Source: Candidatus Parcubacteria bacterium | GTDB taxonomy: Bacteria > Patescibacteriota > Minisyncoccia > Phycocordibacterales > Zambryskibacteraceae | Assembly: GCA_019661865.1 (NCBI GenBank) | Contig: JAIFWJ010000001.1 | Span: 43,290 to 107,289, forward strand | Reading direction: 5' to 3' | DNA: 64,000 nucleotides | In this document: positions 55,377 through 62,351 of the stretch, piece after piece | How the letters are laid out: the number at the start of each line of letters is the position of its first letter | Numbering within the stretch: position 1 is the stretch's first letter | The notes under the pieces: model-generated | The model's database searches: none | What the model saw: only the letters and a program-made list of their open reading frames with translations | Told to the model about the DNA's origin: nothing | Position numbers and translations under genes: made by a program

Positions 55377-56188
55377 TATCGTATGGCGAGATATCCGAGG
55401 AGAATGAGGGCGAAGCCTACTATGAGGTTCGTAAAGACATTAAGGACGGTTAAGGTTTTCACCAACTCGTTCTGTTTAGTGGTTAGAAGTGAGTTGTTGG
55501 TCTCCCGAAGTTCCCTAACAGACTCGAGTTCTCCATGCAGTGAACCTTCGAATTTAAAATATTCATCGAGTACACCACGAGTGGCGAAGCCGAAGTCCTC
55601 TCCAAACTTTTTCTCACCTTCGATACCAAGTGTCTCAAGTATCTCACGGTAGGGTAGGGTAGTCTTCCTAAAGTTAAGAAGCTTTCTAGATATCTCTGAA
55701 AGAGCGAAGACCATTTCTCTTTCTTTACCCTTAAATATTCTGGTCTCAATATTTTTCAACTGGTCATCGAGAGCCATGATGCTATTGTTAAGATCTGTAA
55801 AGACCTCTCGCAGAAGTGAGAAGAATATTGCATCTCGAGTCTTCCCGGGTGACTTATCCAAAATAGAATCTACCTCAATCTTCTTAGCAAACCTGGCTAC
55901 TGCATCAAGCTCTTCATACCTGGTGGTAATGATGAAGTCAGAGCCTACTACGAAATCGATCTCCCTGCCGCTGCGACTCTCACCTCGGGTGGTATCTACA
56001 GGCAAGTGCATTACTAAGTACACGTAGTGTCTTCTGGCTTCCGCACGGTGCTTCAGAGTAGGGGAGGCAAGCTCGTGAGCCACTAAGGAGTCAATATTGT
56101 ACTTCTCTGTAACTGATTTGATTTCCTCTGGAGTGGGCTCTAGAAGATCTGTCCAAGTTGTGTCCTTATACTTATAGACGCTCAACAT
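55376..56188 (-). CDS. CorA-family protein lacking the GMN motif and second TM
   Basis: TWTDLLEPT.EE, EIDFVVG..FIIT, NSLLTTKQNE..KTLT; ends after a single TM. Confidence 0.75.
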   Translation of the reverse strand: MLSVYKYKDTTWTDLLEPTPEEIKSVTEKYNIDSLVAHELASPTLKHRAEARRHYVYLVMHLPVDTTRGESRSGREIDFVVGSDFIITTRYEELDAVARFAKKIEVDSILDKSPGKTRDAIFFSLLREVFTDLNNSIMALDDQLKNIETRIFKGKEREMVFALSEISRKLLNFRKTTLPYREILETLGIEGEKKFGEDFGFATRGVLDEYFKFEGSLHGELESVRELRETNNSLLTTKQNELVKTLTVLNVFTNLIVGFALILLGYLAIR

Positions 56189-56211
56189 TTGTATCTAGTA
56201 TAATGTGCTTA
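56189..56211. promoter_or_regulatory. 23-bp bidirectional leaderless promoter (corA-like / ctpA)
   Basis: AGTATAAT gives TATAAT on + (7 nt to ATG) and TATACT on - (8 nt to ATG). Confidence 0.7.
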
Positions 56212-57438
56212 ATGGAATTCGCAAAGAAGCATAAGACCGCGATCCTGTCCCTCTTCATCGCGGTGGTCTTCTTCTCGCTTGGAGAGAGGAGAGGAAAGAA
56301 CTTAACATTAACCAAGGCCACTCTAGAGAATCTGGTAAACACTGATTCTGGAAGTGCTTCAGATGTCGACTTCTCACCCTTCTGGAAAGTTTGGTCTACT
56401 CTCGATGAAAAGTTCGTCCCTACTTCTTCATCTACTAAACCTGTAACAGATCAAGCCAAGGTCTACGGTGCCATACAAGGTCTCACGGCCTCCTTGGGTG
56501 ACCCATACACTGTCTTCTTCCCACCCACAGAGTCAAAACTTTTCCAAAGTGATATTCAGGGCAACTTCGAAGGGGTAGGTATGGAGGTGGTAGAGGAAAA
56601 TGGAGTTTTAAATGTCATCGCTCCGCTTAAGAGCTCTCCAGCTGCCAAAGCCGGGTTACTGGCTGGAGACAAGATTATAAAGATAGATGACAAAGTCACA
56701 TCGAATCTCACCACGGAAGATGCTATACAACTCATACGTGGAGACAAGGGTACAGCAGTGACCTTCACTGTCATAAGACAAGGCAAGAAAGAGCCTCTAG
56801 AGATAAAGGTCGTTCGTGACACCATAGACATACCCACCATAGACTCTAAGAGTCTTGGAAATGACACATACTACATCGCTTTATACAGCTTTACTGCTAA
56901 CTCACCAAATCTTTTCCGTGGAGCACTTAGACAATTTATTGAATCAGGGAATCATAAGCTTATCCTAGATCTCCGTGGTAACCCTGGTGGATACTTAGAG
57001 GCTGCCCTCGACATGGCAAGTTGGTTCCTTCCGGCGGGTAAAGTAGTGGTCCGCGAGAACTTCGGTCCGGGTAAGGACGAGACTGTGTATAGAAGTAAGG
57101 GTTACGATATATTTACTGACCAGTTGAAATTTGTAATCTTAGTAGATAGCGGTTCTGCCTCTGCATCAGAAATCTTAGCTGGAGCGCTCAAAGAATACGG
57201 CAAGGCCAAGCTAGTGGGGGACAAGACCTTCGGTAAGGGTTCTGTCCAGGAACTTGTGGATGTGACTCCTGATACTTCACTTAAGGTCACTGTAGCTCGC
57301 TGGCTCACTCCGAATGGTGTCTCTATATCCGCCACCGGCATTACCCCCGACGTCATAGCCACTAGTTCTCCCACTGACATTGCCAAGGGTAAAGATACCC
57401 AACTCGACAAAGCTAAGCAGGTTGTAAATAGTATGTAA
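56212..57438 (+). CDS. ctpA: S41 C-terminal processing peptidase
   Basis: LGDPYT, PDZ, LDLRGNPGG, SASASEILAG, KTFGKGSVQ. Confidence 0.95.
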   Translation: MEFAKKHKTAILSLFIAVVFFSLGERRGKNLTLTKATLENLVNTDSGSASDVDFSPFWKVWSTLDEKFVPTSSSTKPVTDQAKVYGAIQGLTASLGDPYTVFFPPTESKLFQSDIQGNFEGVGMEVVEENGVLNVIAPLKSSPAAKAGLLAGDKIIKIDDKVTSNLTTEDAIQLIRGDKGTAVTFTVIRQGKKEPLEIKVVRDTIDIPTIDSKSLGNDTYYIALYSFTANSPNLFRGALRQFIESGNHKLILDLRGNPGGYLEAALDMASWFLPAGKVVVRENFGPGKDETVYRSKGYDIFTDQLKFVILVDSGSASASEILAGALKEYGKAKLVGDKTFGKGSVQELVDVTPDTSLKVTVARWLTPNGVSISATGITPDVIATSSPTDIAKGKDTQLDKAKQVVNSM

Positions 57439-57443
57439 CTTGA

Positions 57444-57884
57444 ATGAAAATCATTCTACTTAGAGATATTAAAGGAGTTGGGAAAAAGTATGAGGAGAAA
57501 CAAGTCTCTGATGGTTATGCTATAAACTCACTCCTGCCGAAGAAGCTTGCCGTGCCTGCTACAGGTGCCGTTGCCGGACAGATTAAGAGTCTTAAAGAAA
57601 ATGAATCCAGACATGAGGAAGCCCTGGTGAAGAAGCTTCATGAAGAGGTTTATAAGCTCACTGGTAAAGAGATAAAGATAGTTGAAAAAGCTAATGAGAA
57701 GAATCACTTGTTCCGTGCGCTCTCACGAGATAAAATTGCCGAACTTTTAAAGAAGGAGAATATAAATATCCCTGAAGAGTTCATCGTATTAGAGAATCCT
57801 ATAAGAGATCTAGGAACATTCACCATACCTATAAAGATTGACGGTAAAGAGACCCATTTTAAGCTCATAGTCGAATCAAAATAA
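57444..57884 (+). CDS. rplI: 50S ribosomal protein L9
   Basis: MKIILLRDIKGVGKK...VSDGYAINSLLP. Confidence 0.93.
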   Translation: MKIILLRDIKGVGKKYEEKQVSDGYAINSLLPKKLAVPATGAVAGQIKSLKENESRHEEALVKKLHEEVYKLTGKEIKIVEKANEKNHLFRALSRDKIAELLKKENINIPEEFIVLENPIRDLGTFTIPIKIDGKETHFKLIVESK

Positions 57885-57911
57885 AAACCGCTAACACTTG
57901 CGTGTCGGCGG
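57883..57911 (-). terminator. Intrinsic terminator of the 57919-58302 orphan
   Basis: Minus strand ccgccgacac-gcaa-gtgttagcgg followed by T5. Confidence 0.75.
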
Positions 57912-57918
57912 GTGCGGC

Positions 57919-58302
57919 TCAGACTCCTAGTGCTAAGCCTTCATCCTCTTCTGGCATCGATTCAGAGATAATCGCCAAACTATTCTGGACCAAGGCTTCA
58001 CCGACCCACTCGGTCAGGCGGGCGATCTCAGCATTGTTGTGGAGAATGGTGACTCCTCGAATGATCGGAGCACAGAATCTCTTAATGATCAGGGTGGTTT
58101 CCGAGTCGTCCTCTACCAGCTCGAGAATTCCATGAAAAGAAGTGGATTGAAAGCGACTGTCCACAGAACCTTCTTGAAGGTAAATAAACAGTCGTTGGAG
58201 CCTCTCTCGTGAACACCTCTGGAGTTCCCTAGTAATATAGGGTGCAGCCTCCTCTGCTGTGACGGCAGCCATTGAGGCTGTGATCGGACCCGGATCCGTC
58301 AT
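57919..58302 (-). CDS. Orphan hypothetical protein, SD-led
   Basis: AAGGTGA SD; TCGACA-N17-TAAGGT promoter 1 nt after the rpmA stop. Confidence 0.6.
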   Translation of the reverse strand: MTDPGPITASMAAVTAEEAAPYITRELQRCSRERLQRLFIYLQEGSVDSRFQSTSFHGILELVEDDSETTLIIKRFCAPIIRGVTILHNNAEIARLTEWVGEALVQNSLAIISESMPEEDEGLALGV

Positions 58303-58388
58303 GTGTCACCTTCTTGTTATAGTGGGACTCAATGCGCAAAATGTACAAGTCGGGCTACACCTTACCAAATTTTAAGCACTTTGTCGAG

Positions 58389-58661
58389 TTACTTCACCCC
58401 GATAACTTTCTTCTTCATGAGGGAGTTGTCGAAGTGAACTTTACGCTTGTATGTGAGGGTAACAACGCCGTCCTTAAGGGCAAATATAGTATGATCCTTA
58501 CCCATACCTACGTTCGCACCTGGGAGGACATTAGTACCTCTCTGGCGCACCAGTATAGAACCCACCTTGGCTGTAGAGCCTGGGGTAAGCTTAATGCCGA
58601 GATATTTAGGATTACTGTCTCGGCCGTTTTTAGTTGTTCCGCCTGATTTTTTAGTTGCCAT
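58389..58661 (-). CDS. rpmA: 50S ribosomal protein L27
   Basis: [32 protein letters not shown]. Confidence 0.97.
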   Translation of the reverse strand: MATKKSGGTTKNGRDSNPKYLGIKLTPGSTAKVGSILVRQRGTNVLPGANVGMGKDHTIFALKDGVVTLTYKRKVHFDNSLMKKKVIGVK

Positions 58662-58678
58662 GGTTTAAAATGGATCTG

Positions 58679-59068
58679 GTGAGTATACCTGACACCTATG
58701 AGTTTGACAATAGTGGGGAAGTGGTGCGCCGCCCTGCTATTAAACGCTACTTTCTGGCCCTAGTCATAATCCTTCTAGCCACACTTTCCTTCGGGCTGGG
58801 TAGGCTCTCAAGCTCGGGTACTAAGCCTCCAGTGAAGATAGAGTATGAACCTATAAATGATTCCCAAGGTGTGTCTGCTACCCAGTCTGCCTCGGTAACC
58901 GCTTCGGTCCCTAGTAGGCTTGGATCTGTATATGCATCGAGTAAGGGTACTAGATACTATTATTCCAATTGTAAGAGTCCCGTCTCAGAGAAAAATAAAA
59001 TCTTCTTTTCCACCACTTTAGAAGCAGAAAAGGCCGGCTACACGTTAGCTGCTAACTGTAAACCCTAA
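58679..59068 (+). CDS. Membrane-anchored protein with C-terminal Ada metal-binding-like domain
   Basis: TM ending SFGLGRLS; ASSKGTRYY..C...EAEKAGY...C; GTG 58679 lies 7 nt after TAAAAT. Confidence 0.7.
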   Translation: MSIPDTYEFDNSGEVVRRPAIKRYFLALVIILLATLSFGLGRLSSSGTKPPVKIEYEPINDSQGVSATQSASVTASVPSRLGSVYASSKGTRYYYSNCKSPVSEKNKIFFSTTLEAEKAGYTLAANCKP

Positions 59069-59235
59069 GTCGAGGTAAAGGCTATGGCGGTGGTAACGAA
59101 TGGTTGACCTAAACGGTCTTATACTAGGCCATAGGGAAGCCTCTTTGGCCAAAAGCTCTAAAAATGTTGTACTATGGTAGCCTTAAGATAAGGCCCTGTT
59201 AAGCCATATTTATACCATAAATATGCTGTTTATGC

Positions 59236-59353
59236 TTGACTTTTGTCCCGAAAGGTGATAGTATATAAAAGTCAGCTAAAGGGCTGACTTTGTTTCTTAG
59301 AGAGTGACCTTACGGTAACTGCCACTCTAAAGTTAGAAGTTTATCCCACTGTT
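59236..59353 (+). promoter_or_regulatory. sigma70 promoter and structured 5' leader of the transglycosylase gene
   Basis: TTGACT-N17-TAGTAT with TG; hairpin aaagtcagc/gctgacttt 59268-59291; second stem about 59297-59330. Confidence 0.6.
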
Positions 59354-59851
59354 ATTTTACAGCTAGCATCGATTGGTCTTATCCTTTCACTGTCTACCCA
59401 GACCATCGCCCCATCTGCTCTCGTAACGAGCGCGGTCAAGGCGGATTCAAAGGTAGAGACACAGAGCACTCAAGCTCCCGTGCCAGTAGAAGTTAAATCA
59501 GAAAACTACCAACCGATTACAGATCCTGGAAACGTCAAGAAATTCGTAAATCACTATTTCGCAGACATTCCTCTTCTTGCAAAGATTGCAAGTTGTGAGT
59601 CTCATAACCGCCAGTATGAAAAGGACGGTACGATACTCAGAGGTGAACAGAACCACTACGATGTCGGAGTGATGCAGATCAACGAACTGTATCACAAGGC
59701 CATCGCGGAGAGGATGGGGTTAGACATCTATACTATCGAAGGTAACGTAGCATACGCTCGCTACCTATACGAGAAGCATGGTGCACAGCCCTGGATCTCT
59801 TCGTCCCCTTGTTGGGCGAAAGTGACTGAATCTGAAATCGCTAAGGCCTAA
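59354..59851 (+). CDS. Secreted lysozyme-like/lytic transglycosylase; probable non-AUG (ATT) start
   Basis: IASCES, DVGVMQIN, GNVAYARYLY, PW...CW; in-frame signal-peptide-like ILQLASIGLILSLS lies upstream of the first GTG (59480). Confidence 0.7.
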   Translation: MLQLASIGLILSLSTQTIAPSALVTSAVKADSKVETQSTQAPVPVEVKSENYQPITDPGNVKKFVNHYFADIPLLAKIASCESHNRQYEKDGTILRGEQNHYDVGVMQINELYHKAIAERMGLDIYTIEGNVAYARYLYEKHGAQPWISSSPCWAKVTESEIAKA

Positions 59852-59861
59852 TACCAAGACG

Positions 59862-59888
59862 AAAGTCCGCCCCGCAAGGCGGGCTTTT
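59862..59888 (+). terminator. Intrinsic terminator
   Basis: aaagtccgcc-ccgcaa-ggcgggctttt. Confidence 0.75.
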
Positions 59889-59924
59889 GTTATCTGCAGT
59901 TATAAATTTAATATAAGTTTAAAT

Positions 59925-60113
59925 AAAAAACGCCGCGACATAGTCGCAGCGGGGTAGGGGTGCACGTAATGTTATTGGCGGTCTGACGGATCAACTTGCC
60001 TAAAGCATAGGCTATCCCCAACAGGACTATTCTCTAAGCAAGTGCGGCTGGTACTTCTGACGGACCGCAACATCCGCACTGAGTACAGTATGTCTGATCC
60101 ATCAGACCTATCT
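59925..60113 (-). ncRNA. Structured ncRNA candidate C (about 190 nt; contains a 22-codon Cys-rich ORF)
   Basis: TTGACA at 60149-60144; 14-bp closing stem 60108-60095/59993-59980; two internal hairpins; terminator 59951-59925; G-U pairs only on the minus strand. Confidence 0.6.
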
Positions 60114-60217
60114 GGTACAGATTTTCCTCTTTTAGGCAGGGCTTGTCAATATATAGGGGAGAGGGTCCTCAAGCTTATTAGAACGTCGCACAATCATTCT
60201 TTTGCGACACTGAGGCC

Positions 60218-61417
60218 TCAAACCACTTCCCCCATAAAGGGTAAATTTAAACGGCGGGTTGGATGCAAATGTCTTCTCCCTACTGAAGTTAGGCTAGACG
60301 CTAGAGATACAGTTCCTGTTCCAAACTTCCTATCTATTTTATCTACTACATCAAATATTTTTTTCAATTTTAAATTTTTCACAACTTCTCCGAATAAATC
60401 TGTCTGGTTTAAGCTCGTCGGCCTGAGCTCACTTAAAGTCACTCCAGTAGCCCTGTATTCAACTCCAGACTTATATAAAGTATCGAAGGTCGACTGAACG
60501 AGGCTCAAAATGGTCATAGGATCGTTCGTCGGCACATCTAGTGGTATCTCACATCGTTTATAACGGAACTCTTGAGTCTTTAAGAAATAATAAATTCTTT
60601 TCGTCTCTAACTTGTCTCTACGTGCATGTATACAAGCACCCTCTACATTGTGAGAGAGTTCAGAGAGAATAATTTTCTTCTCTGAGGTGTGTGGGAAGGT
60701 ACGCGTCTTCTGAATACTTTTCTGTATATCATCTGACTCATGAACTTTATAGACTGGAGTGCCTTTGAGCTCGTACCAAGTCTCTAGCATGGGACTTGAG
60801 AGGTTCTCCCGTATCCATCTCTCTGGTCTTTCTATGAAGTCGAGAGCTGTCACAACTCCAAGTGAGTGTAGATGATGACTAGTCTGGGGTCCAATGCCCC
60901 ACACCTTCCCTACTGCGAGATTTTTAAGAAAGTCATGAATTGATGAGTTGTCAAGAATAGTGAAACCGTCGGGTTTATTCCACTTCGACGCCACCTTGGC
61001 CAGGACCTTCGTGGGAGCGACACCCACACTAAATGTCATACCAAGTTCACGACCTAGAGTAGTCTTTATAAGTCTAGCAGTATGTTCCCTGTCCTTGTCT
61101 TCAAGGATGGCGAAGCACTCGTCTATAGAATACTCCTCTACCCTCTCGGTGAAGCGTCGTACAATGTCGTACATTCTAGTAGCGAACATTCCGTACGTAT
61201 GATAATTGGAATTCACAATGACCGCGGTCGGGAAAAGTTTCTTTATTTCAAATATCGGCATGCCTCTGTGTATGCCGAGTGCCTTGGCCTCAGGACTCAT
61301 GGCAGTGGCTATACCGCGCTCTTGGCCAGTAACTACAGGCTTACCCTTGAGCTTCGGATTAAGTGATATCTCACATGAGGCGAAGAACCCATCTCCATCT
61401 ATATGCAGTATGGCCAT
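60218..61417 (-). CDS. dinB: Y-family DNA polymerase (DinB/Pol IV-like)
   Basis: ILHIDGDGFFASCE, YSIDECF, SVGVAPTKVLAKVASKWNKPDG, VWGIG, clamp-binding QTDLF. Confidence 0.9.
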   Translation of the reverse strand: MAILHIDGDGFFASCEISLNPKLKGKPVVTGQERGIATAMSPEAKALGIHRGMPIFEIKKLFPTAVIVNSNYHTYGMFATRMYDIVRRFTERVEEYSIDECFAILEDKDREHTARLIKTTLGRELGMTFSVGVAPTKVLAKVASKWNKPDGFTILDNSSIHDFLKNLAVGKVWGIGPQTSHHLHSLGVVTALDFIERPERWIRENLSSPMLETWYELKGTPVYKVHESDDIQKSIQKTRTFPHTSEKKIILSELSHNVEGACIHARRDKLETKRIYYFLKTQEFRYKRCEIPLDVPTNDPMTILSLVQSTFDTLYKSGVEYRATGVTLSELRPTSLNQTDLFGEVVKNLKLKKIFDVVDKIDRKFGTGTVSLASSLTSVGRRHLHPTRRLNLPFMGEVV

Positions 61418-61418
61418 A

Positions 61419-61976
61419 TTAGTACTTTCTTAGGACTGCTTTTACTACTGCTGGGATGGTGAGAGTTTCGGAGGGGTAGATGTCCTTGTACTTATCATTG
61501 GCAGCTTCTAGGTAGTGACGCTTACCTCGAGTACGATAGTATTTGAGTGTGTACTCACCATCTACCTCTGCCACCACTATGTCACCGGATTTAGGTGTTT
61601 TACCTCGCTCTACGAGTACTAGGTCACCGGGCATGATACCGGCATCCTTCATGGAGTCTCCCTTCACCTTAAGTAAGTACGTAGCCTCTTTGTTATCCAC
61701 CAGGTATTCATCCAGGCTCATAGTGTCTACAAGTTCCTCTGAGGCTGAGGTCGGGAAGCCAGCCTCAACTACCCCAAGTACCTTCACCTCTCCCAGAGTC
61801 TTCGGCACGAGCTTGCCCCTTGTGTCTTTCCTTATCGTTCCGTCCTTCACGAGTTTATTTACGAAGTAACTTACAGCCGCCTTGGACTTATAGCCCAAGA
61901 GTTTCTCCATCTCAGAGAATGTGGGCATGCGCTTCTTAGACTTATAGAAACTCCAAAGCTTACTTCTTCTATCCAT
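61419..61976 (-). CDS. lexA: LexA repressor
   Basis: N-terminal wHTH MPTFSEM, cleavage site VEAGFP, catalytic Ser VKGDSM and Lys TLK. Confidence 0.88.
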   Translation of the reverse strand: MDRRSKLWSFYKSKKRMPTFSEMEKLLGYKSKAAVSYFVNKLVKDGTIRKDTRGKLVPKTLGEVKVLGVVEAGFPTSASEELVDTMSLDEYLVDNKEATYLLKVKGDSMKDAGIMPGDLVLVERGKTPKSGDIVVAEVDGEYTLKYYRTRGKRHYLEAANDKYKDIYPSETLTIPAVVKAVLRKY

Positions 61977-61997
61977 TCCCCTATTATACTACTCTAT

Positions 61998-62011
61998 AGA
62001 ACGAACGTTCT
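61998..62011. promoter_or_regulatory. SOS box (GAAC-N4-GTTC) in the lexA promoter
   Basis: AGAACGAACGTTCT 9 nt upstream of the TATAAT -10 of leaderless lexA. Confidence 0.8.
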
Positions 62012-62055
62012 AATGTTTAGGAATTATGTGGATAACAAAAAGAGGTCCGAAGACC

Positions 62056-62295
62056 TCAACAGACTTGTATAACCCGCACTTCGTTTGGAGAAATGATTCC
62101 GTAGGCTCCGTCATGTGTATAAAACTTAAACAAGGGAGTGTTCTGATCAGTGCCTGGAACCTTCTCACTCACAAACACGATGTTCTGTAACAGGGCGCAG
62201 ACGCATAGCTCGTTCTGAAGTTCATGCAACCGGCTACCGCATTTTAAAACCTGCACCCACTTGCCGGAGAGATCCTGATGTTCACGGTGGAGCAT
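62056..62295 (-). CDS. Orphan small protein, SD-led
   Basis: AGGAGG 5 nt before ATG; TTGACC right after the upstream stop; terminator gaggtc-ttcg-gacctc-T5 overlapping its stop. Confidence 0.6.
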   Translation of the reverse strand: MLHREHQDLSGKWVQVLKCGSRLHELQNELCVCALLQNIVFVSEKVPGTDQNTPLFKFYTHDGAYGIISPNEVRVIQVC

Positions 62296-62351
62296 CGTAC
62301 CCTCCTGTAGGGGTCCGTATTTATCATTTCACATCCGCACACTGGGGTCAA

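Noticed and set aside
10442-59119. Further ECF-like promoter matches at 10442-10467, 16861, 26107 and about 59093-59119
   Set aside because: Each has a mismatched -35 or -10 or the wrong spacing, so they were not counted in the regulon.
60177-60208. ATTAGAACGT downstream of dinB as a second SOS box
   Set aside because: Only a half-site with no GTTC at the right spacing; the adjacent gtcgca/tgcgac stem is more likely a weak terminator.
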